Notes: a model not told the origin generated them from the sequence alone. Positions 19,428-29,558 are shown, counted from the first letter of the stretch. The stretch: 41,454 nt of DNA from Bacteroidota bacterium (GCA_016868395.1 VGGW01000001.1:1-41454), one strand, 5' to 3'. Program-made: numbers and translations.

Positions 19428-20431
19428 CTAGCAGGTCACATTTCCGAAAAAGTATATCTGTTGTTATACCAAATTATAACGGTCAACATTTACTGGAGCG
19501 AAACCTCCCCTCTGTCTATGAGGCTCTCAAAAATACACAATCTGATTTTGAGGTAATTATTGTGGATGATTGTTCAATAGACAAATCTGTGGACTTTATC
19601 AGAACGCATTATTCCATGGTAAAGTTAATCCTGAATGATAAGAATCAGGGCTTTTCATCCAGTTGCAACAAAGGGATTGCCAAAGCTGAAAAGGATCTGA
19701 TATTATTACTCAATACAGACATTGAGTTGAACAAGACTTATTTTGAAAATCAATTTAAGTATTTTGATCTTCCCGATACTTTTGGTGTCATGAGCAAAAT
19801 TATTGGTGCAAAAACCGGTGAAATTCAAGATACGGCCAGGTTATTAAAGTACTCCGGTTTTAAAATTAAGGGGAATAATTTTTACTACTTGAGAGATGAG
19901 AGTTTTTTCACTCCCACTGCTTATCTATCAGGGGCAAATGCTTTGATTGACGCCAAAAAACTGAAGGAAATCGGTGGTTTTGACGAAATTTTTTCACCAT
20001 TTTATTGCGAAGATTTTGATTTGGGCTTAAGAGCGTGGCGCTTAGGCTGGAAATGTTACTATGATCCGAAATCTTATTGTATTCACGATCATTCATCTAC
20101 CACAAAAAATTATCGCACACGCAATTGGGTAAAGTCCATTTTCTTTAGAAATAGACTTTTTGTTCATGCCATCCACTTAAGTAAGCCCAGGTTTATCCTT
20201 TGGTTCGTGCAAATTATCTTATTCGATCTGCTATTTATCTGGATAGGTTTGAAATTTTACTACTACCGAAGTTTTTGCATGTTTATTAGTCATCTTCAAT
20301 CCTTGACCATTTCACGAAAAAAATTAAAAGATTTAATGGCCAGGCATAATAGTACCAAAAGTATTGATGATGTTATCTACGAAATGAATAAAATGATTGC
20401 CGGTCAGTCTGTCATTTTTAGAAGAGATTAG
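19424..20431 (+). CDS. Glycosyltransferase family 2 protein (rhamnosyltransferase-like)
   Basis: SVVIPNYNG, VDDCSID, LLNTD, GGFDE..FYCEDFDLGLR; ATGA overlap with the upstream gene. Confidence 0.9.
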   Translation: MTSRSHFRKSISVVIPNYNGQHLLERNLPSVYEALKNTQSDFEVIIVDDCSIDKSVDFIRTHYSMVKLILNDKNQGFSSSCNKGIAKAEKDLILLLNTDIELNKTYFENQFKYFDLPDTFGVMSKIIGAKTGEIQDTARLLKYSGFKIKGNNFYYLRDESFFTPTAYLSGANALIDAKKLKEIGGFDEIFSPFYCEDFDLGLRAWRLGWKCYYDPKSYCIHDHSSTTKNYRTRNWVKSIFFRNRLFVHAIHLSKPRFILWFVQIILFDLLFIWIGLKFYYYRSFCMFISHLQSLTISRKKLKDLMARHNSTKSIDDVIYEMNKMIAGQSVIFRRD

Positions 20432-20472
20432 AGATCTTTCAAATTGATTAACTTTGTTTTAGAAATCTCTTT

Positions 20473-22308
20473 ATGAAAACCTTTTTTCGGCTTTTTACTT
20501 TTGCTTCCCCTGTACTGAAGTTTGCAGTTCCCTTCTTTTTCACGTCGGTATTAGGAATTATCTTCGGACTTTTAAATTTCACCTTACTGATCCCCGTTTT
20601 TGAACTCTTATTCAATCAGTCGGAAGGAAATGAACCAAAACCGTTGTTGACTGCCCCTGTTTTGGAATTTAGTCTGAACTATTTCAAAGCTCTTTTTTAT
20701 TATTATTTTGATGGTCTCATCCATAGTTCAGGTAAAATTGGAGCCTTAAAAATGGTCAGCTTTGCCATTGTCATCTCGGTTATCCTGAGCAATTTGTTCA
20801 AATATTTGTCGGCCAGAGTTATTGAAAACTTCAGATTAATGATTGTTACCCGGATAAGGAGTAGTATTTTCAGAAAACTTACCAATATTGATATTCAATA
20901 CTTCAGTGGACAACGTAAAGGAGATCTTATTTCAAGGTTTATGACGGATGTTGTCACTATTCAGGATTCAATCATACGATCTTTACAAGTTATTCTTCGC
21001 GAGCCGATCGCAATCTTATTGAATTTTGCTGTTCTGTTCACCATTTCTGTGAAACTGACATTTTTTGCCCTGATTCTTATACCTGTCTCCGGCCTGCTGA
21101 TATCATTGATTGTTAAGCGATTGAAAAAGCATGCTACTGCTGCACAGGAATCATTAGGGATATTAGTTTCCAGTATAGACGAAGGACTAAATGGGGTTAA
21201 AATCATTAAATCATTCAATGCTGAACACTATATTCAGGAGAAATTCAATGGTGTCAACATGTGGACAAGCAAAATTCATCGAAAACTTGCGAGGAGAGTA
21301 CTTTTAGCTGCGCCTGTTTCTGAAATGATGGGAGTGATTACCGTCTCGGCCTTGCTTTTTTATGGGGGAACTTTAATTCTCGAGGAAGGTTCAGATCTTC
21401 AGGGGGCAGAATTTATTGGCTACATCATTATATTCTCACAAATAATTAATCCGGCAAAAGCAATTTCAGAAGCCTTTGGAAACATTACCCAGGGCATTTC
21501 TGCAGGTGAGCGGGTTTTTCAGCTCTTGGATGCTACAGAACATATAACTGATAAAAATGATTCAGTTTCCAAGACCTCCTTAAACGATTCTATTGAATTG
21601 AAAAATATTTCTTTTGCCTATGCTGAGAGGAATGTATTGCAAGATATCAATTTTAAAATTATCAAAGGGAGTACGGTTGCTTTGGTTGGTCCATCTGGTG
21701 GCGGAAAAACTACCCTGATGGATCTTTTACCAAGATTTATAGATCCTCAAGCTGGGGGAATTTATTTGGATGGGCTTAATATCAAGGATATTAAAATGTG
21801 TGATCTCAGATCATTAATGGGAATTGTAAATCAGGAATCAGTTCTGTTTAACGACACTATTTTTAACAACATTGCCTTCGGCAGATCCTTTACCATGGAA
21901 GAAGTGATTAGTGCTGCTAAAATTGCAAATGCACATGAATTCATCGTCCATACTTCAGATGGATATCAAACCAATATTGGGGATCGTGGGATGAAACTTT
22001 CGGGAGGACAAAAGCAGCGAATATGCATTGCAAGAGCTGTGCTTGCCAACCCTCCGATACTTCTTCTGGATGAAGCAACATCTGCTTTGGATACCGAGTC
22101 TGAAAAGGTCGTTCAAAATGCCTTAAAAAATTTAATGAAAAACCGTACTTCCATTGTCATTGCGCATCGCTTAAGCACAATTCAGGAAGCGGATCAGATC
22201 ATTGTTTTAGAACATGGTAAGATGGTGGAGCAAGGCACTCATCAGGGGCTTTTACGCGCCAATGGACTATATAAAAAACTAATCGAAATGCAAACCTTCA
22301 ACGAATAA
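20473..22308 (+). CDS. ABC exporter, MsbA-like (TMD+NBD)
   Basis: TM region, GPSGGGKT, LSGGQKQR, LLDEATSALD, IAHRLST; TAACTTTG box at 20449-20456. Confidence 0.92.
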   Translation: MKTFFRLFTFASPVLKFAVPFFFTSVLGIIFGLLNFTLLIPVFELLFNQSEGNEPKPLLTAPVLEFSLNYFKALFYYYFDGLIHSSGKIGALKMVSFAIVISVILSNLFKYLSARVIENFRLMIVTRIRSSIFRKLTNIDIQYFSGQRKGDLISRFMTDVVTIQDSIIRSLQVILREPIAILLNFAVLFTISVKLTFFALILIPVSGLLISLIVKRLKKHATAAQESLGILVSSIDEGLNGVKIIKSFNAEHYIQEKFNGVNMWTSKIHRKLARRVLLAAPVSEMMGVITVSALLFYGGTLILEEGSDLQGAEFIGYIIIFSQIINPAKAISEAFGNITQGISAGERVFQLLDATEHITDKNDSVSKTSLNDSIELKNISFAYAERNVLQDINFKIIKGSTVALVGPSGGGKTTLMDLLPRFIDPQAGGIYLDGLNIKDIKMCDLRSLMGIVNQESVLFNDTIFNNIAFGRSFTMEEVISAAKIANAHEFIVHTSDGYQTNIGDRGMKLSGGQKQRICIARAVLANPPILLLDEATSALDTESEKVVQNALKNLMKNRTSIVIAHRLSTIQEADQIIVLEHGKMVEQGTHQGLLRANGLYKKLIEMQTFNE

Positions 22309-22310
22309 AA

Positions 22311-23255
22311 ATGGAACATAAAGCACTGGTTTCTATAGCTTTATGTACCTATAATGGGGAAGAATTTTTAAGGGAACAGTTAGAATCTATTGTTAATCAG
22401 ACTTATTCACCAATCGAGCTGATTATAGTTGATGATTCTTCTTCAGATAATACTTATGAAATTCTGGTTGAGTTTGCTGCTAACCACTCATTTATTAAAC
22501 TTTTTCAAAATCTTGAGAATATAGGGTATATCAAAAATTTTGAAAAGGCCCTTAATTTATGTAGTGGAGACTTTATTGCTTTGTCGGATCAGGATGATAT
22601 CTGGGATAGAACCAAGATTGAAAAGCAGGTTAACAAAATCGGTAGTAATTTACTGATTTATCACGACTCTGAATTTATAGACCAGAACGGTCAATCATTG
22701 AATAAAAAGATGTCCGATATAATGAATTTCTATAGGGGAAATGAACCTGAGGCATTTTTGTTTTTTAACTGCATTTCCGGTCATTCAGTTTTAATGAAAA
22801 AACAGCTCAGAGATGAGCTTTTGCCATTCCCTGATGCTTATTTCCACGATTGGTGGATGGGATATGTTGCCACAAATCTGGGTAGTGTAGATTTCATGGA
22901 GGAATGTCTGGTCAAATACCGGCAGCATCAAAAAGCGGATACAAATATTTTAAAGCGAAAAAGGGAAAATACCACTAGAAACCCCGAATCTGCGCTTGTG
23001 AAGTATGAACAGAAAATATTGTGGATGAGGTCTTGTCTGAATTATCCTAAAAATAAGAATCCGGCCTTCATTCAAAAACTCTATTCTGCATTTATGAACA
23101 ACCAAAAGGAGTTCATTTCATTTGGTCTTGCGAAATTGATTTATGAAGATCGCAAGATACTTTTCAGCATTAATAAAAAAAATGCCTTTAGCAAATTGAA
23201 TTTTACACTGAAAGAATTGTGGGGAGGAAAGTTTAGACGACTCTTTTCGAGATAA
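22311..23255 (+). CDS. Glycosyltransferase family 2 protein
   Basis: SIALCTYNGE, VDDSSSD, ALSDQDDIW, HDWW, YRQH. Confidence 0.92.
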   Translation: MEHKALVSIALCTYNGEEFLREQLESIVNQTYSPIELIIVDDSSSDNTYEILVEFAANHSFIKLFQNLENIGYIKNFEKALNLCSGDFIALSDQDDIWDRTKIEKQVNKIGSNLLIYHDSEFIDQNGQSLNKKMSDIMNFYRGNEPEAFLFFNCISGHSVLMKKQLRDELLPFPDAYFHDWWMGYVATNLGSVDFMEECLVKYRQHQKADTNILKRKRENTTRNPESALVKYEQKILWMRSCLNYPKNKNPAFIQKLYSAFMNNQKEFISFGLAKLIYEDRKILFSINKKNAFSKLNFTLKELWGGKFRRLFSR

Positions 23256-23259
23256 TTTA

Positions 23260-23696
23260 ACCTGAGATCGACATGAGCTCTTGCCGGAGCCTGATTATAT
23301 TTCTCAGCTTTTGGAAAGCAGGGTTTGTTGCCTATGTTCCCGTGTTCTGCCCTATTTTTTTGCGGGAAATTGAATTGGTATCCTAAGATTCAGTAAGGCA
23401 AAAAAGATAGGACTGCCACTCGGGTTTGTTTCACAGGGCCTGTAGTTCTATTACCGGCCTGCCCCTTGCGATGAAAAACAGCAGTGGGTAAACTAAACCT
23501 TGCCGAAGGAGGTATCTTCCGGCTACGGATCATCTGAAATCAAGTACAAATACTTCCCGGAAATACTCCGTAGGAAAGGACTAAACGAAGCGATAACATG
23601 CAGGAATTGCTTTCCAAAATCAAATCATACGCATCCGGAGCATCATAAAATCCATTTTAAGGATATTTTTTAATCTTTCATGTATCGAACTCAGGT
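23260..23696. mobile_element. Non-autonomous MITE-like element (437 bp) with IS982-like ends and a 7-bp target-site duplication
   Basis: Left end ACCTGAGATCGACATGA; right end reverse complement ACCTGAGTTCGATACATGA; direct repeat TAATTTA at 23253-23259 and 23697-23703; no ORF of 60 aa or more inside. Confidence 0.8.
23284..23638 (+). ncRNA. Candidate large structured RNA carried inside the MITE
   Basis: Nested complementary stems incl. perfect 12-bp TTTTGGAAAGCA (23309-23320)/TGCTTTCCAAAA (23608-23619); G-U pairs favour the + strand. Not computationally folded. Confidence 0.5.
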
Positions 23697-23700
23697 TAAT

Positions 23701-24516
23701 TTATGCCTTTCTTTCTCTGTAACAAAAGACATTAATGGCCATATCGAAATTTTCACAAATTAATTTTTTATCTATAAATGGTCGCTTTCTGGTAGCAGAT
23801 TCCTTTACATAGTAATGAAAACCTAAACTTTCAACCAAGGCCAGAAGTTCATGCAGTGTTTGTTTTGAATTCACATTATTATGGTATTCAAAGAAGATAT
23901 GTTTTGCATTTTGTAAATTCTTACCACAATATTTCAATACCTCATCTTCGGCTCCTTCAATATCAATTTTCAGAAAGTCTACTTCTGTTGTCAAAAAATC
24001 TAATAAAGGAACCGCCTCAATCAACTTTGGCGATTGATTAGAATATTCATTATTGACCCTACCCCCCATTCCCCCATCTGTAAAAAACTTGAGAGTTGCT
24101 GTTTGTGTCCAAACTGCTTTCTGATGAAGTGTCACATTTTTCAATTCGAAAGTCTCTACGTTTTCCCTCAGGATAGCAAAAATATCGGGATCGGGTTCGA
24201 ATGCAATGATTTGATGATCAGGATAATTAATTGAAAAATATAAAACGCTGAGGCCCATATTTGCGCCGCAATCAAGAATTACTTTTGATCCGATACTTGG
24301 ATTAAACCTGTAAATTTCTTTCTCGAATAGTTCAATATAGGACTCAGCAAAACTTGGTCCGTGATGAAATTTAAATGGTCTATCGAATACATGGGCATAA
24401 CCAATTGTGAAGTGTTTAAAATCAGCAATTCTGGCTAATTCCAACTTGATATCGCCGGAATTAATCCTCATTTTAATTTTAGTCTTTAGTCTTCTATATT
24501 CTTTTCTTAAGCCCAC
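23701..24516 (-). CDS. FkbM family SAM-dependent methyltransferase (GTG start uncertain)
   Basis: ILDCGANMG, AFEPDP, DFLKIDIEGAE, FEYH. Confidence 0.9.
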   Translation of the reverse strand: MGLRKEYRRLKTKIKMRINSGDIKLELARIADFKHFTIGYAHVFDRPFKFHHGPSFAESYIELFEKEIYRFNPSIGSKVILDCGANMGLSVLYFSINYPDHQIIAFEPDPDIFAILRENVETFELKNVTLHQKAVWTQTATLKFFTDGGMGGRVNNEYSNQSPKLIEAVPLLDFLTTEVDFLKIDIEGAEDEVLKYCGKNLQNAKHIFFEYHNNVNSKQTLHELLALVESLGFHYYVKESATRKRPFIDKKLICENFDMAINVFCYRERKA

Positions 24517-24556
24517 GTCTGACTCATTTATTGATATTAAACAATTCTATTTAAAC

Positions 24557-24585
24557 AAAAAAAGCGATCCTTAAGATCGCTTTTT
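24557..24585. terminator. Intrinsic terminator downstream of infB
   Basis: A7-GCGATC-cttaa-GATCGC-T5 inverted repeat. Confidence 0.85.
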
Positions 24586-24601
24586 AAATTAGTTGTACAA
24601 A

Positions 24602-27600
24602 TTATAATTTCCTTTTCACTTCTACCTGTTCGTATGATTCCACAATATCACCCACTTCAATATTATTAAAGTTCTGTATATTTAAACCACACTCATAACC
24701 GGTGGCAACCTCTTTCACGTCGTCTTTAAAACGCTTTAACGAAGCTAATTCTCCGGTGTAAACAACCACACCATCACGAATGATACGCACCTTGCTATTT
24801 CTGGTGATCTTTCCATCCAATACCATACATCCTGCGATAGTACCCACCTTGCTGATTTTGAACACCTCCCGAATCTCTAAGTTTGATGTAATTTTCTCCT
24901 CAAATTCAGGATCCAACATTCCTTCCATCGCGGCTTTCACCTCATTGATGGCATCGTAGATAATAGAATAGAGACGGATATCAATTTGTTCGGCTTCAGC
25001 CAGTTTGCGCGCACTAACAGAAGGACGAACCTGAAAACCAATGATAATGGCATCGGAAGCAGAAGCTAATAATACATCCGATTCGGATATCTGACCAACA
25101 GATTTATGAATAATATTAACCTGAATTTGCTCAGTAGAAAGCTTCAGCAAGGAATCGGATAATGCTTCAATTGAACCATCCACATCCCCTTTAACGATCA
25201 CATTCAGCTCTTTGAAATTTCCAATTGCCAAACGACGTCCAATTTCATCAAGTGTAATATGCTTCTGAGTGCGTAAGCCCTGCTCACGCTGTAGTTGTAA
25301 TCGCTTGTTTGCAACCTGACGAGCTTCAACCTCACTTTCCATCACATTAAATTTATCACCAGAGGTAGGTGCTCCCTGCATGCCAAGAACCTGAACAGGT
25401 GTGGATGGTCCTGCATGGTCTAATTTAACGCCACGTTCATTATGTAAGGCTTTTACTTTTCCGCTGTACCCACCGGCAAGGATTGCATCACCTACTCTCA
25501 AAGTACCTGCCTGAATCAGTACGGTGGTAACGATTCCACGGCCCTTGTCCAAGGCTGCTTCAATAACTGTACCTACTGCGCGTTTATTCGGATTGGCAGT
25601 TAATTCCAGCAAATCCGCTTCGAGTAATACTTTTTCTAGTAGCAAATCAATGCCAGAACCGGTTTTACCTGAAATTTCCTGACTCTGGTATTTTCCACCC
25701 CAGTCTTCAACGAGAATGTTCATGGCCGAGAGCTGTTCACGAATTTTGTCGGCATTTGCGCCGGGTTTATCCACTTTGCTAAAGGCAAAAACAATCGGAA
25801 CGTTTCCAGCTTGTGCATGGTTGATGGCTTCACGAGTTTGAGGCATCACACTATCATCAGCGGCAATTACAATGATGGCAATATCTGTAACGTTAGCACC
25901 TCTGGCACGCATTGCGGTAAAAGCTTCGTGACCCGGGGTATCCAAAAATGTAATTTTACGATTGTTGTCAAGAGTTACTTCATAAGCACCGATGTGTTGG
26001 GTAATACCACCTGCCTCGCCTGCAATAACATTAGTCTTACGAATAAAGTCGAGTAGAGACGTCTTTCCGTGATCTACGTGACCCATGACAGTTACAATAG
26101 GAGCTCTTGGCAACAAATCTTCAGGGCTATCGCTGACATCAAGCAGGCCGATTTCTTCATCCTCAGGTTTTACAAACTCAACCTCATAACCAAATTCATC
26201 AGCTACTATGGTCAATGTTTCGGCATTCAGCCTTTGATTTATCGACACGAACATTCCGAGACTCATACAAGTTGAAATAACCTGAGTGACAGGAACATCG
26301 AGCATTAATGCGAGCTCATTTGCAGTAACAAACTCTGTCACCTTAATGGTTTTGGATTGCATTTCCGCTTCCAATGCTGCTTCTTCAGCAGTTTGGGCAA
26401 CATCATCCCGTTTCTGACGGCGTAATTTCGCCCTTTGAGCAAATTTCCCTGATTTCCCTGCACCGCTCAAACGAGCAAGGGTTGCTTTTATCTGATCCTG
26501 TATTTCTTTATCGGTAGGCTCTGCTTTTGGAGCATCTTGCGAACGTGATTTATTCCTGAAATCAGGACGTGCAGCAGATTGATTGGCCCCTTGATTTGGT
26601 CTTGAGTTTCTCAAATCAGGTCGATTACCCTGATATCCTGGGTCTGTTGCAAGGCGAGGAGAACCACCGGATTGTTGGCCCTGCTGATTGGGCTGTGATT
26701 GTTGTTGACCTGATTGCCCCGGAGCATTGTCTTTACGCCTACGTTTACGTTTGTGATCCGGGCCTGCAACATTTGATGATGAGGCGACCGGTTGCCCGCG
26801 ACGCGCAGGTGTGGTTGGTAGGTCAATTCTGCCTATGACATTTGGGCCTGACAAACGGTCGGCTTTTGCACGTATAACGGGAGCACCCGGATTACTTTCC
26901 TGATCATTCGTTTCGGCTTCTTGCCCTGGCTCAATTTCAGGTGTTATATTTTGTGTTTCGGTTTGATCCTTAATTGTTTCTTTCTGCCCCTCTTTCGGTT
27001 TTTTATCTTCAGAAATAGCGGTATTATCTACATTTGCTTCCTCCTTAACCGGAGTCGGCTGAGGAATAATTTCCGATACTTTCGGAATTATAGGCTCATC
27101 AATTTTGGCATCAGGAACTGGTGAAGCAAGCGGTTTTTGAGCCTCAGGGGTTTTTTTATCCGGCCGTGTTTTGGAGTTCAAATCATCCAAATTAATTTTT
27201 CCAACCAATTTAACCCCGGGAAGAGTACTTTCTTCAGTTTTAGATTCTAAGGCAGTCTGCTCTTGAGCCTTAGTTTTATCTACAATTGCTGGAGAAATAA
27301 AAGGATTGATATTTTTAATTAGAATTTCCTCTTGCTCAAAATCTTTTGCACGTTGTGGCTCAGTCTTTTCGTTGCTTACAGCAGGGATATCATCGCGACG
27401 AATCTTGCCAATAACAATTTGTTTGGCTTCTTCCTTTACGATTTTATCGCCCTGAAACTCCTTGAGCAGAACATCATACATCTCATCGGTGAGTTTTGTG
27501 TTGGGTCTGGCCTCAACCTTATGGCCTTTTTTACATAAAAACTCTACCGCAGTGTTCAAGCCGATATTCAGCTCCTTCGCAGCTTTAAGTAAATTTGTGC

Positions 27601-27616
27601 TTTTACCTTCTGACAT
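24602..27616 (-). CDS. infB: Translation initiation factor IF-2
   Basis: [56 protein letters not shown]. Confidence 0.99.
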   Translation of the reverse strand: MSEGKSTNLLKAAKELNIGLNTAVEFLCKKGHKVEARPNTKLTDEMYDVLLKEFQGDKIVKEEAKQIVIGKIRRDDIPAVSNEKTEPQRAKDFEQEEILIKNINPFISPAIVDKTKAQEQTALESKTEESTLPGVKLVGKINLDDLNSKTRPDKKTPEAQKPLASPVPDAKIDEPIIPKVSEIIPQPTPVKEEANVDNTAISEDKKPKEGQKETIKDQTETQNITPEIEPGQEAETNDQESNPGAPVIRAKADRLSGPNVIGRIDLPTTPARRGQPVASSSNVAGPDHKRKRRRKDNAPGQSGQQQSQPNQQGQQSGGSPRLATDPGYQGNRPDLRNSRPNQGANQSAARPDFRNKSRSQDAPKAEPTDKEIQDQIKATLARLSGAGKSGKFAQRAKLRRQKRDDVAQTAEEAALEAEMQSKTIKVTEFVTANELALMLDVPVTQVISTCMSLGMFVSINQRLNAETLTIVADEFGYEVEFVKPEDEEIGLLDVSDSPEDLLPRAPIVTVMGHVDHGKTSLLDFIRKTNVIAGEAGGITQHIGAYEVTLDNNRKITFLDTPGHEAFTAMRARGANVTDIAIIVIAADDSVMPQTREAINHAQAGNVPIVFAFSKVDKPGANADKIREQLSAMNILVEDWGGKYQSQEISGKTGSGIDLLLEKVLLEADLLELTANPNKRAVGTVIEAALDKGRGIVTTVLIQAGTLRVGDAILAGGYSGKVKALHNERGVKLDHAGPSTPVQVLGMQGAPTSGDKFNVMESEVEARQVANKRLQLQREQGLRTQKHITLDEIGRRLAIGNFKELNVIVKGDVDGSIEALSDSLLKLSTEQIQVNIIHKSVGQISESDVLLASASDAIIIGFQVRPSVSARKLAEAEQIDIRLYSIIYDAINEVKAAMEGMLDPEFEEKITSNLEIREVFKISKVGTIAGCMVLDGKITRNSKVRIIRDGVVVYTGELASLKRFKDDVKEVATGYECGLNIQNFNNIEVGDIVESYEQVEVKRKL

Positions 27617-27644
27617 TTATTATATTAACCTCGCTATTTATATA

Positions 27645-27652
27645 CAAAAGTA
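27645..27652 (-). promoter_or_regulatory. Putative internal -7 box upstream of infB
   Basis: Minus-strand TACTTTTG 28 nt upstream of the infB ATG. Confidence 0.5.
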
Positions 27653-27733
27653 CGTTTTTTATATTTCATATATTGAGAGGATTTGGCTTTTTTATTAAGT
27701 CTCAAATCTCTCAACCAGCTTCAATTAACTATT

Positions 27734-28969
27734 TCATTCAAATTCTGACTTCAAAATTTCAATTACATCTTTCACCGTGGTGTCTTCCAAATCAGTACGT
27801 TTGACTAATTCATCAATTGACAGGCTCAAGATTGATTTTGCTGTATCCAAGCCAACACGTTTAAATTCATCAATGATCCAGCCCTCAATTTCATCAGAGA
27901 ACTCTTCAATATCTACATCCTCATCATCTTCGTTGGATTCACGATAAACATCGATTTCGTAACCGGTAAGCTTACCGGCTAATTTAATGTTGTGCCCTCC
28001 GCGACCAATGGCCAATGAAACCTGATCAGGTTTTAAGTAAACTGCTGCTCTTTTTTCTTCATCATCCAATTTGATACTCGTAATTTTAGCAGGGCTAAGA
28101 GCTCTTTGAATATACAATGAAATATTGTTTGTGTAATTAATTACATCGATATTTTCATTTTTCAACTCTCGTACAATTCCATGAATACGGGATCCTTTCA
28201 TGCCCACACATGCTCCCACCGGATCAATTCGATCATCATAAGATTCAACGGCAACTTTTGCCCGCTCTCCGGGTTCGCGAACAATCTTCTTAATTGTTAT
28301 TAGGCCATCGAATATTTCAGGAACCTCCATTTCAAACAAACGCTGTAAGAATTCTGGTGCAGTACGGGAGATTATAATTTTAGGATTCCCATTTAACATT
28401 TCAACTTTTTCGATAATTGCACGTACAAAATCACCCTTCTTAAAATAATCAGCGGGGATTTGCTCAGTCTTAGGCAACAAAAGTTCATTTCCCTCATCAT
28501 CCAGAACTAAGGTTTCCTTTTTCCAAACTTGATAAACTTCTCCGGTAACAATTTCGCCTACACGGTCTTTGTATTTCTTAAAAATCTCATCTTTTTCAAG
28601 TTCCAGAATTTTGGAAACAAGGGTTTGACGAGCAGCTAAAATTGCCCTTCTACCAAAGCTTTCCAAAGTAATCTGCTCAATGAAGTCGTCCCCAACTTCG
28701 AGGTCAGGATCAATTACCTTTGCTTCGGCCAGTTCAATTTCAAGATCATCATCTTCCGAAAAACCATCCTCCATTACTGTTCTTGTACGCCAGATTTCTA
28801 AATCCCCGTTATCCGGGTTGACAATCACATCACAATTTTCATCTGTTCCGTACCTTTTTCGCAACATGCTGCGGAAAACCTCTTCCAAAACGCTAATAAC
28901 CGTTGGCCGGTCAATATTCTTGAAGTCTTTAAACTCCTGGAATGAATCGATTAAATTAATGTTACTCAT
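27734..28969 (-). CDS. nusA: Transcription termination/antitermination factor NusA
   Basis: FGRRAILAARQ, LFEMEVPEI, REPGERAKVAV, DPVGACVG, AIGRGGHNIKLA. Confidence 0.99.
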   Translation of the reverse strand: MSNINLIDSFQEFKDFKNIDRPTVISVLEEVFRSMLRKRYGTDENCDVIVNPDNGDLEIWRTRTVMEDGFSEDDDLEIELAEAKVIDPDLEVGDDFIEQITLESFGRRAILAARQTLVSKILELEKDEIFKKYKDRVGEIVTGEVYQVWKKETLVLDDEGNELLLPKTEQIPADYFKKGDFVRAIIEKVEMLNGNPKIIISRTAPEFLQRLFEMEVPEIFDGLITIKKIVREPGERAKVAVESYDDRIDPVGACVGMKGSRIHGIVRELKNENIDVINYTNNISLYIQRALSPAKITSIKLDDEEKRAAVYLKPDQVSLAIGRGGHNIKLAGKLTGYEIDVYRESNEDDEDVDIEEFSDEIEGWIIDEFKRVGLDTAKSILSLSIDELVKRTDLEDTTVKDVIEILKSEFE

Positions 28970-29004
28970 TTTCTTGTTGAATTTGTCCCCCTAAATAGAG
29001 GCCT

Positions 29005-29469
29005 TTATTTAAAACTCACTAAAACTTTTGTTTCTGAAATATCTTGAAACTTTATAAAATTCTCTTCTAAAACTGCCTTTTTACCCTTTTCCCTTATAAG
29101 CTCCTGTAAGGTAATCCCCAAATCATCCACATCCGCTAATTTACCTTCTCTAATCGTGCCATCTTTAAGTTTAACCTTCACCGAACGATTAATATTCTTA
29201 CGAAACTGACGCAATGACTGAAGTGGAGTATCAGTACCGGGTGAGGAAACCTCTAATCTATAGGCTTGTTCAATAGCATTTTCCTCTTCAAGATGGAAGC
29301 CTACATGCCGACTTATTGCTGCACAATCGCTGATTGATACCCCATTATCTCCATCAACTAAAATGGATAATGTTCCGTTTCCTTGCATCTGAACATCTAC
29401 CAAAAACAAATCAGGTTGGTCGGCTATCTTTTCCTCAACTAATTCAATTACACGTTTTTCTATATTCAT
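29005..29469 (-). CDS. rimP: Ribosome maturation factor RimP
   Basis: DGDNGVSISDC, YRLEVSSPG; first gene of rimP-nusA-infB. Confidence 0.96.
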   Translation of the reverse strand: MNIEKRVIELVEEKIADQPDLFLVDVQMQGNGTLSILVDGDNGVSISDCAAISRHVGFHLEEENAIEQAYRLEVSSPGTDTPLQSLRQFRKNINRSVKVKLKDGTIREGKLADVDDLGITLQELIREKGKKAVLEENFIKFQDISETKVLVSFK

Positions 29470-29507
29470 CGCAGATCTTATTTAATTCCTTAAAAAAACA
29501 GGAAGGT

Positions 29508-29558
29508 AAAAAAAGAGCCCCACGAATGCAGGGCTCTTCTCAGATCGGTACAAATATA
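29508..29558 (-). promoter_or_regulatory. rimP operon promoter plus leader terminator (attenuator)
   Basis: Minus strand: TATATTTG (-7; 29558-29551), then AAGAGCCCT-gcattcgt-GGGGCTCTT followed by a T run, ahead of the rimP ATG. Confidence 0.75.

Noticed and set aside
23273-23386. 37-aa ORF MSSCRSLIIF... inside the MITE
   Set aside because: Starts within the terminal repeat, has no recognisable motif and overlaps predicted stems; a toxin-like peptide is not excluded but is unsupported.
23260-23696. RNase P RNA, tmRNA or group II intron as the identity of the structured spacer
   Set aside because: No GAGGAAAGTCC motif inside, no tRNA-like CCA end, no GTGCG start or domain V recognised on either strand.
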